Part shown: positions 47,652-56,855 of the stretch, piece after piece | Position numbering within the stretch: position 1 is the first letter of the stretch | How the letters are laid out: each line of letters starts with the position of its first letter | Source of the DNA: Escherichia phage vB_EcoM_DE16 | Sequence record: OP595145.1 | DNA: 64,000 bases | Direction: 5' to 3' (one strand) | The notes under the pieces: model-generated | What the model was told of the DNA's origin: nothing | Databases searched by the model: none | The model's input: the letters and a program-made list of their open reading frames with translations, nothing else | Made by a program: the position numbers and the translations under genes

Positions 47652-47707
47652 GTTTCCTCCTATTTAATACATCTCACATTACCGCCCGTAAAGGGCGGCT
47701 TACTACA

Positions 47708-48433
47708 TTACTTATTAATAATACCTGCAATATTAGGTTTGACAAAGGTCGATGGTTTCATGATCTTACCTTTATCATCAAAGAACACATACACTTTCTG
47801 TTTTTCATTATAAACAGCATGAACACCAGTGTATGCCCCTTCTGGACGATTGGCATTTCGTTCTTCAATTGCAGCGCATTCTTGTGCAATGGCTGAATCG
47901 ATATCTGAAGTTTTCCAAGTTTTCAGCAACTGTTGTTTAGTTGGATACTTGGAATCATTACTTTTCAATACCTCTTTAATAACTTTCTTTTCTGGATATT
48001 TTGAACGGATTAGAGTGTCACGAGACATACGCATAATACCCGCAGCCATTAGCGCCATTTGAACTGGCTCTGTAAATGTTTGTTCCAAAGCATCGAAATC
48101 GGTATACACAGTTGGAGTAAAAACATCGCCTACAGCATAGTCCAAGAAATTCATCGTATGTTCTTCACCAAAGAACATGTAAGTCAGATAACTGGATACT
48201 ACAAAAATATCCGCTGCTGCATCCAAGAGTTCTACATGATCGTTTACTTTCGCGGCTGTTTCATACTCTTTAAGCTCTTCACGAACGAACCCGATTTGAG
48301 ACATAAATAGCTCTTGAGTGAATTCAGGTTGTTCACCACCTCGTGCTTTGGCATTCCAATCAATCACGTGCTTCGCGGCATTTTTGAAAAATTCAGTATC
48401 GAACTTAATATCTTTAAAAAAATTCTCGATCAT
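47708..48433 (-). CDS. MazG-like nucleotide pyrophosphohydrolase domain protein
   Basis: EELKEYE ... ELLDAAADIF resembles MazG/HisE E-x2-E ... E-x3-D metal-binding helix pair. Confidence 0.4.
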   Translation of the reverse strand: MIENFFKDIKFDTEFFKNAAKHVIDWNAKARGGEQPEFTQELFMSQIGFVREELKEYETAAKVNDHVELLDAAADIFVVSSYLTYMFFGEEHTMNFLDYAVGDVFTPTVYTDFDALEQTFTEPVQMALMAAGIMRMSRDTLIRSKYPEKKVIKEVLKSNDSKYPTKQQLLKTWKTSDIDSAIAQECAAIEERNANRPEGAYTGVHAVYNEKQKVYVFFDDKGKIMKPSTFVKPNIAGIINK

Positions 48434-48442
48434 TATAACTCC

Positions 48443-48625
48443 TTATTTAAAATAGCTTTCTAGAAAGTTGCTAATATTTACTACAGTCTCACCCATGTAA
48501 ATTCCTGCGAAACCGAAAACAAGCATACGTGGAATATTGAAATACCATTTATCCGCCGGAAAAGATGCCAGAATTACAATAGCAATTGCTATCAACATCA
48601 TAAGAATTGTTGCTAAAATTATCAT
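48443..48625 (-). CDS. small membrane protein (60 aa)
   Basis: ATG 48625 after TGGAGG; MIILATILMMLIAIAIVILA hydrophobic helix. Confidence 0.45.
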   Translation of the reverse strand: MIILATILMMLIAIAIVILASFPADKWYFNIPRMLVFGFAGIYMGETVVNISNFLESYFK

Positions 48626-48816
48626 AAAAATGCCTCCAGGTATTTTGCACAATGATATGCTAAGAAACAAGAAACTACCGCATACCCAACTCCAGACATA
48701 CATGAATCAATCGCAACACATACGGTTCTTTTCTTTGAATTCTTAGGAAAGCTTTCCGAAGCATTCATACAATAAAAAGAAAGCACACTGAAAACGATTA
48801 AAATGGCTAAGAACAT
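48622..48816 (-). CDS. small membrane protein (64 aa)
   Basis: ATG 48816 preceded by AAGGAGGA; hydrophobic N-terminus. Confidence 0.5.
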   Translation of the reverse strand: MFLAILIVFSVLSFYCMNASESFPKNSKKRTVCVAIDSCMSGVGYAVVSCFLAYHCAKYLEAFL

Positions 48817-48825
48817 TTTTCCTCC

Positions 48826-49953
48826 TTATTCTGCTGGTTCCCAAGTGCCTGGGATCATTTCTCGAATACGAACACCAACAGGTTTTGTTGGAATACCTTC
48901 ATCTGAAAATTCTTCATACTCTATTTCAACGAACTGATTAATCAAGGTAGAAGCATTCTCTGCTTTACGATAATTGATAGTCTCATGAGCATCTTTACGC
49001 ATTAAGAATTCAACTACTTTACCATTTTCCATCTCACCTGTCAACACTCCATCGCCATTTTTATCACTTTTTGAATTTATTACTTTAACTTCAAGCGTAT
49101 GACGAGGCTTACGTTTAATAACATCATAAGAACGTTTATCAAATTCGTAAACTCCGTGAGCATTACGATATACTACACCTTCAGCTTTCTCAAGTAAAGC
49201 TTTTTCATAGAAAGCATCAAACTGTTCTTGGTTTTCGATATACTCTGTATGAACTACACAAATAAGCTCATCAAGACCATAATCCTCCACTACTGCCTTA
49301 AGAGCAGTAAGAACATCAACACGTTTTTCAAACGGTAGATCTGGAACTGGAATATCGTATACGTAATAATTCAGCAAAGGTGTATTTGCATTATGCTTCT
49401 TCCAGGCACTGTTAATTTGTTGCAGACTAAGGACACCTAACCCAGCAAACACTTCACCATCAAGAGGATGACCAACAACTTCACTAATAAAGTTTGGAAT
49501 ACCTTTCCAATGAGGTGGCAGGTTATACACTTCCCCAGCTTTTGATAAGCACTCCCCTTTCATGTTAATCATAGAACGTAACCCGTTCAGTTTGTATTGT
49601 GCATAACCAGGGAACACAACCCTTTCAGGATAATCTTTATAATCCTGGCATTTCATTGGTGTGGAAGGAACATGGTTTTCAGCTTCTTCTTTTGTTTTAT
49701 AATAGCCATTCTTTAACTGTTTTGTCCATTTGGCAAAAGCTTCAAGTTCAGCTTGTTCTTCCGGTGTTGTTTCATTGGAACGACCAATGTTTTTTGCTTC
49801 TGCTGTATAAGATTTTTCTGTGATTTTTCCACCTACCCTTCCATGAGCTACAGTAACAACTGCACCATCTGTATACACTGTCCACTGTTTAAGTTTTCCT
49901 TTTGAATCTTTACCATACAGCGTTTGATTTGTTTGTTGCATTAGTCCTCCCAT
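48826..49953 (-). CDS. ATP-dependent DNA ligase (nucleotidyltransferase superfamily)
   Basis: motif I KLNGLR, motif III LDGEVF, motif IV EGVVYR, motif V VIKRK in canonical order; 375 aa. Confidence 0.65.
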   Translation of the reverse strand: MGGLMQQTNQTLYGKDSKGKLKQWTVYTDGAVVTVAHGRVGGKITEKSYTAEAKNIGRSNETTPEEQAELEAFAKWTKQLKNGYYKTKEEAENHVPSTPMKCQDYKDYPERVVFPGYAQYKLNGLRSMINMKGECLSKAGEVYNLPPHWKGIPNFISEVVGHPLDGEVFAGLGVLSLQQINSAWKKHNANTPLLNYYVYDIPVPDLPFEKRVDVLTALKAVVEDYGLDELICVVHTEYIENQEQFDAFYEKALLEKAEGVVYRNAHGVYEFDKRSYDVIKRKPRHTLEVKVINSKSDKNGDGVLTGEMENGKVVEFLMRKDAHETINYRKAENASTLINQFVEIEYEEFSDEGIPTKPVGVRIREMIPGTWEPAE

Positions 49954-50162
49954 TTAAAAACTGAAATTTTCAATCTGTTACACACTTCATCCAAATCTGC
50001 GTCGAGTAACGTTGTAGATGTTGCCAACATATAATCAATGCTTGTGAAACCTTGCCCTTTGGCATAGTCAAGCATATCTTCATACATATCTTCAAGATCA
50101 CCGTCATCAAAAGTAGCTAGAAAATCCTCGTCCCCACTACGAACATAAAATGCAGTACTCAT
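49941..50162 (-). CDS. hypothetical acidic protein (73 aa)
   Basis: ORF in co-directional block. Confidence 0.45.
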   Translation of the reverse strand: MSTAFYVRSGDEDFLATFDDGDLEDMYEDMLDYAKGQGFTSIDYMLATSTTLLDADLDEVCNRLKISVFKWED

Positions 50163-50350
50163 TCTTCTTCATCCCAAGATTCAAAAGCACAACAATCATC
50201 GGTTTCTATAATACCAACACGTCCGCAGGTATTGCAAGTGATTTTATCCCCGTAGAATAAATAATTTTTATCACCCTCTGTGTTTACAGTTATGTCATTA
50301 CTACCACAAGGGCAAGTCAGCCAACCAACAACAACGATATCTTTTTTCAT
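50159..50350 (-). CDS. small Cys-rich protein (63 aa)
   Basis: CPCG ... CNTCG pairs. Confidence 0.45.
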   Translation of the reverse strand: MKKDIVVVGWLTCPCGSNDITVNTEGDKNYLFYGDKITCNTCGRVGIIETDDCCAFESWDEEE

Positions 50351-50359
50351 AATCCCTCC

Positions 50360-50686
50360 TTAAGCGTTCAGTTCGTTGTTGAGTTCGTAAATCTCTTCTT
50401 GAAGAGCATCAATCTCTTCCTCCAAACGGGAGATCTCTTCTTTTAGATATACCATTTCGGATTCTTTCTCTTCTAATTCATTTTCAAATTTTACTTTATT
50501 AGCCTCATTTTCATAATGCAGTTCAGCGTAATCATCACGCATTTGTTCAATAAGATGAATCAGAGACAAGATATAATTATCTCCCGTTTCATCACGCCAC
50601 TCTTCACCGTGACGGAGAACGGTAATTCGTCCAGTATCTTCATCTAAAATTGTCTCATATTTACGATCATCTGTATAAATCTGCAT
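50360..50686 (-). CDS. hypothetical coiled-coil protein (108 aa)
   Basis: ORF in co-directional block. Confidence 0.5.
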   Translation of the reverse strand: MQIYTDDRKYETILDEDTGRITVLRHGEEWRDETGDNYILSLIHLIEQMRDDYAELHYENEANKVKFENELEEKESEMVYLKEEISRLEEEIDALQEEIYELNNELNA

Positions 50687-50695
50687 TATTTCTCC

Positions 50696-51100
50696 TTATT
50701 GAAGTTTAAGTGAACCACGAAGACGTTTCTCTTGCTGATCACGGATATATTGTGGAACCTCGTGAATTGAATCATTACCGTGCCTATTTTCAACAACTAA
50801 AGAGATAACTTGATAACCAAACTCTTCAGCAAGAGCTAGATAAGGTTTAAGTTCTTTCTCTGTGGTTGAAGTATTAGAAACAATAATCTTGTTAAGATTA
50901 GATGCCATAGCATCACGAACAATACCCTGACACCATGCGTGTGCTTTACCTACATTTTCTGGCTTCCAGTCGTAAACACCACTTTCTGTGTAATGATATT
51001 GATCTGCCTCACAGATAGGCCAATAACCTTCAGAAATAATTTCTGCTACCGTAGATTTACCAGCACCTGAAACGCCACGTAAAATGATAAGTTGTTTCAT
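50696..51100 (-). CDS. polynucleotide kinase-like P-loop kinase
   Basis: Walker A GVSGAGKST; KIIVSNTSTTEKELKPYLALAEEFGYQV resembles T4 Pnk kinase domain segment. Confidence 0.55.
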   Translation of the reverse strand: MKQLIILRGVSGAGKSTVAEIISEGYWPICEADQYHYTESGVYDWKPENVGKAHAWCQGIVRDAMASNLNKIIVSNTSTTEKELKPYLALAEEFGYQVISLVVENRHGNDSIHEVPQYIRDQQEKRLRGSLKLQ

Positions 51101-52033
51101 TTATCCTCCAAAGAAGTTTTCGATTTTTTCACGTCGCTCTTGCTGATTTAAAGCAGCCCATTGAGTCTTCGTAAAATTATTTCGAATCCATTCTAACAAA
51201 GCGTAATATTCTTCGTCAACAATTTGTTTGGCATTTTTCGGATTATCCCAAATCAGATCCCACTTTTTATCTCCACCGCGCATAAGAAACTTCTTAGTAA
51301 GATAGTGTGGTGATTTAATTTTTAAAAGTAAGTTGAACGGATAGTTTGTTTCACGAACTACAAACCCTTCGTGTTTACAATGTTTAGACATTTCAACAAC
51401 ATCTGAAAACTTAACCATTGGATGAACTTCAGGACGCTTAAATTTGGTGACAGAAGCAATTCCATCAAGAGCACCTTCAGGTAACATAAAACTTGTCCCA
51501 TCAGGTTTTTGAATTCTGGCACCAATTAAGTATGCACCTGGTTCTTCTTCGACAATATGCGGATCAGAAGGATCACAGATTTCAAAAAGGAAAGTTGCTT
51601 TTGCGCTCTCTGTCCATTTGATGAAATGTTCTATGTCATCACACTCTGAAACAATATGATTCTTTGCAATACTTGCAAAATCTGATTCAAGGCTTCCTGT
51701 TGTCGATACAATAAGTTGACCTTTATATACACCTACAGAGGCCATAAAACCATTTACTTTACGAACCACATCTACAAGTTCATCCGCTGGTAGATCTGTG
51801 CCATTCTCAAAACGATTAAAAATCTTAGTGAAAGGCCAAATAACAACATTGTCATCACCATCAACAACGATTCCGCGACATTCTAGAAGACGAGAATCAA
51901 TGTTCCATAGGTTATCCCAGAAAACTTTGTTCTTATACTTAAGAACAGATAGACCAGAATACTCTCCTTCTTTATATGTTTTCTTATGAACTAAACCTTT
52001 TTCAACCAAATCGTCGCAATTAAATTTAGTCAC
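51101..52033 (-). CDS. RNA ligase-like nucleotidyltransferase
   Basis: motif I KVNGF, motif III FLFEIC, motif IV EGFVVR, motif V LLKIKS; flanked by kinase and phosphoesterase. Confidence 0.5.
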   Translation of the reverse strand: MTKFNCDDLVEKGLVHKKTYKEGEYSGLSVLKYKNKVFWDNLWNIDSRLLECRGIVVDGDDNVVIWPFTKIFNRFENGTDLPADELVDVVRKVNGFMASVGVYKGQLIVSTTGSLESDFASIAKNHIVSECDDIEHFIKWTESAKATFLFEICDPSDPHIVEEEPGAYLIGARIQKPDGTSFMLPEGALDGIASVTKFKRPEVHPMVKFSDVVEMSKHCKHEGFVVRETNYPFNLLLKIKSPHYLTKKFLMRGGDKKWDLIWDNPKNAKQIVDEEYYALLEWIRNNFTKTQWAALNQQERREKIENFFGG

Positions 52034-52034
52034 A

Positions 52035-52586
52035 TTACTCTCCTTTGATTATTTTGTGATGGTCTACAGTTACGATATCTCGTTTACTCATCATAGAAAT
52101 TATCTCATCAAAATGCAAGATTTTTCCGTGTGCATCCCAACCCACATCTAACATTTTACCATAAGCTTCATCAGGGAAAGATCCGTGGGAATGCCCGTGT
52201 AGCATGATTGATCCACGACCTTGTTTATTCCAGGAGGCAATAGGGTAATGGCTTAAGACGAAGAACAGCTTCTGGTATTTCACTTCGTCATAATACACCA
52301 CTTCGCCATACTCTGCAAGCACTTCTCGGTGCTTGCTGTAATCATGGTTCCCAACAAGATAAGTGATATCCCCTTGCAGACGGGAAGCAATCTTACGGGT
52401 ATCTTCTTCAGTCCCGAAACAGAAGTCGCCCAAATGCCACATCTTAACACCAGGAGTAGTAGCGCATTTATTCCATGCTTCGATCAGTGCTTCTGTCATG
52501 TGGTCCATATCTTCCCACGGTCGATATTCAGGAGCAAACTCTCGTATACGTTTGTGCATAAAATGCAAATCACTTGTAATAAACAT
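52035..52586 (-). CDS. calcineurin-like metallophosphoesterase
   Basis: SDLHF, GDFCFG, GNHD, HGHSH motifs. Confidence 0.65.
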   Translation of the reverse strand: MFITSDLHFMHKRIREFAPEYRPWEDMDHMTEALIEAWNKCATTPGVKMWHLGDFCFGTEEDTRKIASRLQGDITYLVGNHDYSKHREVLAEYGEVVYYDEVKYQKLFFVLSHYPIASWNKQGRGSIMLHGHSHGSFPDEAYGKMLDVGWDAHGKILHFDEIISMMSKRDIVTVDHHKIIKGE

Positions 52587-52942
52587 TAGTATAATCCCTC
52601 GCTAAATAGGTCACGATCATGACCATTACGTTCGTAGTCAATCTGGTCTGCGTGTTTTGCAATAATGTATGCATCTTCACGACTCCACCAATTGTAGTAT
52701 TGATCAATAAAACCTTGATTGTTTGGAAGACAATGCACTTTATCAAGCACACCTGCTTCTTTCAATACATTCAATTGTGCTGATAATATAGGATTTGCAT
52801 GTCGAACACAAGGAATAATTAACTCTTCACCATTATTCAAAATATATTTATTCGCAGCACAGACGATAACACGTTGCACATAATGACCCTCACCAATCCA
52901 GGTAAGAGGTTGGTAACAAATGTTCTGATCAATACTACTCAT
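52586..52942 (-). CDS. hypothetical protein (118 aa)
   Basis: ORF in co-directional block. Confidence 0.5.
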   Translation of the reverse strand: MSSIDQNICYQPLTWIGEGHYVQRVIVCAANKYILNNGEELIIPCVRHANPILSAQLNVLKEAGVLDKVHCLPNNQGFIDQYYNWWSREDAYIIAKHADQIDYERNGHDRDLFSEGLY

Positions 52943-52953
52943 TAAGTTTCTCC

Positions 52954-53310
52954 TTAATAGTGAACACGAATCATTTTAATACCATAACGCAGCATGGATT
53001 CTTTTGCAAGCATGAATTTATCCCCAGCGGCGGGATTAGAAGTATGCACGAAAATGGTAGGTGAACCAAAGCAAGGTTTACCAAACGCCAGAAGTTCTTC
53101 CAAACGCAAGAAAACATCATACCCGTCTTGATCAGAATCTTCACCCAAATCGTTGTCAAAATGCCACTCGTCTACAAAACGATAACCCTTCTGCACCTCA
53201 TTCATGTAACGAGAGGCAAGAAGTTCCTGTGAGGTTTTAAACCAGATTGCATCTGGACAACCATAATCTTTTGGATCACGTAAATCATCAAGCCAAATAA
53301 TAGTACCCAT
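52954..53310 (-). CDS. hypothetical protein (118 aa)
   Basis: ORF in co-directional block. Confidence 0.5.
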   Translation of the reverse strand: MGTIIWLDDLRDPKDYGCPDAIWFKTSQELLASRYMNEVQKGYRFVDEWHFDNDLGEDSDQDGYDVFLRLEELLAFGKPCFGSPTIFVHTSNPAAGDKFMLAKESMLRYGIKMIRVHY

Positions 53311-53320
53311 ATAACCTCCT

Positions 53321-53791
53321 CTAAGCTGGCATTATTAAAAAAGAACTCTCCACTTCAAAATGCCAATCATCCACAAGCCCTGATTCCCAATCCTTCTCTT
53401 CATGGAAAGAGCAAATCCAACGGTACATACCTGGCGGTGTATTCTCAACATCTTCTGGCAACCCGTAATCCAAAGCTGTCAAACCGTTCTCTGTAAAACT
53501 AGGATGGAGATTAGGAGCTTTCAATACAGAAACCATGCCTCCAACATCTACAGCCACAATCCACTCTGTCATGTATGGGCTGTCATATTGAGGCTCATCA
53601 GAACCTACCTCAACAGCCTCTGTGCGTAAGATGATAATAGCCTGCTCTGTGATTGGGGCTTTGACAATATAACCTTGGTCCTCAAAAAGATCGATAACCT
53701 CGAACTCATCGCCGTTTTCGACACCATAACTCTTATTCAAAGAGATAAACTTCGGGTTATCATCGTAAGCTTTAGTTACTTTAATTTTCAT
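53321..53791 (-). CDS. hypothetical protein (156 aa)
   Basis: ORF in co-directional block. Confidence 0.5.
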   Translation of the reverse strand: MKIKVTKAYDDNPKFISLNKSYGVENGDEFEVIDLFEDQGYIVKAPITEQAIIILRTEAVEVGSDEPQYDSPYMTEWIVAVDVGGMVSVLKAPNLHPSFTENGLTALDYGLPEDVENTPPGMYRWICSFHEEKDWESGLVDDWHFEVESSFLIMPA

Positions 53792-54012
53792 TTTTCCTCC
53801 TTCACTTTAACCTCAAATTCTACAGGCTTACCCTCAATGTAAAAACACTGATACTCTGCCTTATCATCCTCGTCACGAGGCCAAGTTACCAAGGAGTTAT
53901 AGCAATCTTCTGGTGCTTTGAAGATGTTTTTAGTCTCCACAGTAACATTCCCATTAAGTGTTGCCAATACCACCCAACCAGCTACAGGGATCATAGTGTC
54001 TCCACTTTCCAC
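53788..54012 (-). CDS. hypothetical protein (74 aa)
   Basis: ORF, ATGA-type overlap. Confidence 0.45.
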   Translation of the reverse strand: MESGDTMIPVAGWVVLATLNGNVTVETKNIFKAPEDCYNSLVTWPRDEDDKAEYQCFYIEGKPVEFEVKVKEEK

Positions 54013-54173
54013 GTTTTACCATTATCAACCAAGGTCTTTGCTACAGCATACTCCTTCCCATTAACAAGGAAATAATAAACGATAAAAGATTTCCCGATTG
54101 TTACTGTCTTAGTAACCTCTACACGTTTAACGCCTTGCATGTATTTTGCCTTACCGGAATAGAGTAAAATCAT
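53991..54173 (-). CDS. hypothetical protein (60 aa)
   Basis: ORF in co-directional block. Confidence 0.4.
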   Translation of the reverse strand: MILLYSGKAKYMQGVKRVEVTKTVTIGKSFIVYYFLVNGKEYAVAKTLVDNGKTWKVETL

Positions 54174-54451
54174 TTTGCATTCCTCTTGTTGTTGATAACA
54201 TCCATAGCAGTATATGGTTTATTAGTGCCATGATACTCCAGAATCATTGGAGAGCCTTCTTGCACTACTTCAAAGATACCATAAACAGAACTTTCAGCAA
54301 ATACCATTTGCTTCGTGCCTTCATCGTTTACAACGAGAGAAAACTTCTTGCCTGTCCCGTTGAGGATCTCGTATTTCTTGCCAGCAGTGAATAATCCAGA
54401 GTACCACTCATTATCTGTTGCTTTTACACACTTCAGGAAAGTCTTGATCAT
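54170..54451 (-). CDS. hypothetical protein (93 aa)
   Basis: ORF in co-directional block. Confidence 0.5.
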   Translation of the reverse strand: MIKTFLKCVKATDNEWYSGLFTAGKKYEILNGTGKKFSLVVNDEGTKQMVFAESSVYGIFEVVQEGSPMILEYHGTNKPYTAMDVINNKRNAK

Positions 54452-54801
54452 TTCTTTTTGCTCCTCTTTTTAGATTTCTCATACAAACCTAACACAGCCG
54501 CTTCTTTTGCACAAGTAGGAACTGAAGTCATTCCTCTTCTTTTTGCTTCTGGAAGATTGAGTGTCCACCATCCGAACCAATAAATTTGGTCTGCCGTGAG
54601 TGGTTCAGCCATTGGATCTGCCTCCTGCTCCTCAAGACGTTGCAACGCTTCTTCAATCTTCTCGATTGGTGTGTCAAAGACGAATGCCTCCGTATCAAAT
54701 TTATCTTTCTTAGGAACTGATTTGGCTACTTTGAGAACCTCGTTTTTCGGTTTCTTAGTAACGTTCTTTGGCTTTGATAACTTCTTCTGTGTTTTCGCCA
54801 C
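54448..54801 (-). CDS. lysine-rich basic protein (117 aa), possible nucleic-acid binding
   Basis: K-rich N and C termini. Confidence 0.45.
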   Translation of the reverse strand: MAKTQKKLSKPKNVTKKPKNEVLKVAKSVPKKDKFDTEAFVFDTPIEKIEEALQRLEEQEADPMAEPLTADQIYWFGWWTLNLPEAKRRGMTSVPTCAKEAAVLGLYEKSKKRSKKK

Positions 54802-54994
54802 TTACTACCTCCATACGATCTAAAAAGTCATTCACAAATCTCCAGTAACGTTGACCTGTTCTAAGATCTTCATAGATAACCACAGGATCAAACACTTTAG
54901 ATATTCCGGCAGGTTTTGGAAATTCCACTACTGTATATAAACCACCTTTTGCTACACAAGAATAGGTTACGCCTGTAATTGGATAGTTGCTCAT
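54755..54994 (-). CDS. hypothetical protein (79 aa)
   Basis: ORF in co-directional block. Confidence 0.45.
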   Translation of the reverse strand: MSNYPITGVTYSCVAKGGLYTVVEFPKPAGISKVFDPVVIYEDLRTGQRYWRFVNDFLDRMEVVSGENTEEVIKAKERY

Positions 54995-55185
54995 TTCTTT
55001 ACGTACTCCATGATTGGGGTATGGTCGCCAGTAAGCGTAACACGGCTGTAGGACACATCTTGTGTCTTCAGTGTATCAATCCACTCTAAGAAGTGTTCTT
55101 TCGCTTCTGTGTAGTTCTGTGTGCCTTTAACAACGTGTATACCATCTAGAGTTACACGGAATACCATTTGAATAACGTCTTTCAT
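54991..55185 (-). CDS. hypothetical protein (64 aa)
   Basis: ORF in co-directional block. Confidence 0.45.
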   Translation of the reverse strand: MKDVIQMVFRVTLDGIHVVKGTQNYTEAKEHFLEWIDTLKTQDVSYSRVTLTGDHTPIMEYVKK

Positions 55186-55281
55186 TTCTTACCTCCTTTG
55201 TTGTCAAAATAACTTACCAGAACATCGTGAACCACACACATGGCAAAAATCAGAACAATTGTTGTCAGGACTGGATTCTCA

Positions 55282-55605
55282 CTAATTAGTGCTATCATCT
55301 TTAACCACCTCCAATTGCCTTTCGAGTTTGACTTTGTTTGAGAACTGATAATGACACAACTTACATTGCATGTCAACAATCTGATCGTGATTTAACCCTA
55401 CAATTTTAACTTCCTTTGCACCATCCCACTCCAAATACTCAAAGCCATCCAAATGATTACTCTTGTCCAACAGGAATGCTATCTGCTGCCATTCAATCTG
55501 AATGTCATTTAAATGATATGCTGCACAGAAGATATCCTCATAGTAAAAGACGATCATTGTCATTGCTTCGTCCAGCACAACTACCTCTTGTCTTGTAAAT
55601 CTCAT
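55282..55605 (-). CDS. hypothetical protein (107 aa), first gene of minus-strand block
   Basis: ORF adjacent to divergent intergenic region. Confidence 0.5.
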   Translation of the reverse strand: MRFTRQEVVVLDEAMTMIVFYYEDIFCAAYHLNDIQIEWQQIAFLLDKSNHLDGFEYLEWDGAKEVKIVGLNHDQIVDMQCKLCHYQFSNKVKLERQLEVVKDDSTN

Positions 55606-55866
55606 TCTAGCCTCCTAAACGCGTCTCTGACGCACTTTTTATATATAAGATGATAAATCACCTTACCTAGTAAGTGAACTTGCTCTACGAGCCTCTTATG
55701 AAGCTTATGTTATAGGCTATACTATTGCTACCTGTTTAAGCAAGGTTTTTGCACACAGAAAATAATTTTTAATAAAACTCTTGACTTTTGTGTTCGAAGT
55801 ATGCTACCCTAGAAATCTATTAACGAGCGCAGCGAGTTAAGGTTTTAGGTTGTTGATGTAGTATTC

Positions 55867-56058
55867 TGTACTAAAGTACTGTACTCCGTACTAGATTAAT
55901 AATTATTAAATATTAATAATAAATAATTATTAGATCTAACAAACAGGTACAGTGTATCAGAACTGGTACGTACAGATCAACTTCTATCAATTAAAAAATA
56001 AAATAATAAATTATTATAAATAATACTTGATCTATAGATCAGTATGAAGTACAGTACG
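55867..56058. repeat. GTAC-repeat clusters flanking AT-rich palindromic core; inverted copies GTACTGTACT (55877-55886) / AGTACAGTAC (56046-56055)
   Basis: read directly; four GTACT within 25 bp, AT-only tract 55893-55930. Confidence 0.7.
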
Positions 56059-56087
56059 GAACATCTTAACAAGAATGGAGGTGTGCA

Positions 56088-56273
56088 ATGATTAGTGAGA
56101 ATCCGTGCAAATGGCATCATGTGCCTATTAAAGATTGTATGTCTTGTAATCCACGTTCTATTTATAACATTGCATCTTATGACGATGACAATGTGTTAGA
56201 CGATGATGAAGGCTGGGAGGATTTAGATTGGACTGGTTATGAAACCAAAAAGGATAAAATTATTCCTAGTTGA
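56088..56273 (+). CDS. hypothetical acidic protein (61 aa)
   Basis: ATG after GGAGGTG; first plus-strand gene after divergent region. Confidence 0.5.
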   Translation: MISENPCKWHHVPIKDCMSCNPRSIYNIASYDDDNVLDDDEGWEDLDWTGYETKKDKIIPS

Positions 56274-56310
56274 CTTAAGATATCCTTCGTGCTAAACTAG
56301 AAGTGAGGAG

Positions 56311-56562
56311 ATGCCGATCACTCCCCATTTGGGGTTCGAAGGATATATGCAAAATAGTTTTTATTTTAGGTGCCGTGCTTGTAATAGGCATTTGACAAAC
56401 CACTCCAGACGTGATAAAAATGGAGTCATCAAGGAATCAGACCTCTGTTCTATTTGCACAGGTTTGGCTTTTGATGATAGTCCCGAAAGGGTTTATCAGC
56501 ATCAATGTATAACAGACGTTCTCGTGTCAAACTTGGTAGAGGACGAACAACTAACAGATTAG
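56311..56562 (+). CDS. small Cys-rich protein (83 aa)
   Basis: CRACN ... CSICTG motifs. Confidence 0.5.
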   Translation: MPITPHLGFEGYMQNSFYFRCRACNRHLTNHSRRDKNGVIKESDLCSICTGLAFDDSPERVYQHQCITDVLVSNLVEDEQLTD

Positions 56563-56570
56563 GAGGAACA

Positions 56571-56819
56571 ATGTCTCTATTAGAAAAACACGTGTTTGAA
56601 GATGGTAACGGCAATGCAGTTTTTCTTTTCCATCCAGAAAAATACACATCTGAAAACAATGGTACAACTTCTATTGTAATCACTAAAGATGTTAAAGTTA
56701 TTGATTTCTTGGCTCTAATGCGAGAGATGGATCTTGAAATTAATACTTTTAACGCAGAAGCTTTGGTTGTTGCTCTTCTGGAAAAGAAAGATAGTGAAGA
56801 AGTAGCAGAATATGCTTAA
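56571..56819 (+). CDS. hypothetical protein (82 aa)
   Basis: ATG 56571 preceded by TTAGGAGG. Confidence 0.55.
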   Translation: MSLLEKHVFEDGNGNAVFLFHPEKYTSENNGTTSIVITKDVKVIDFLALMREMDLEINTFNAEALVVALLEKKDSEEVAEYA

Positions 56820-56825
56820 ATAACT

Positions 56826-56855
56826 ATTGACAAACGTATCCTTCATATGTTAGGA
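56826..56855 (+). promoter_or_regulatory. promoter AACTATTGACA-N18-TAGGAT with overlapping inverted repeat GTATCCT ... AGGATAC
   Basis: perfect -35; upstream motif recurs at 57415 and 58570. Confidence 0.5.

Noticed and set aside
19990-55605. Plus-strand ORFs from the track inside the minus-strand block (e.g. 26050-26307, 35356-35778, 41748-42014, 46012-46326, 52329-52605)
   Set aside because: Antisense to motif-bearing minus-strand genes (phosphatase, rmlB, thyX, P-loop frame, phosphoesterase) and lacking ribosome-binding sites.
55860-56060. CRISPR array
   Set aside because: The GTAC-containing repeats are short, irregularly spaced and partly inverted, with no uniform repeat-spacer periodicity.
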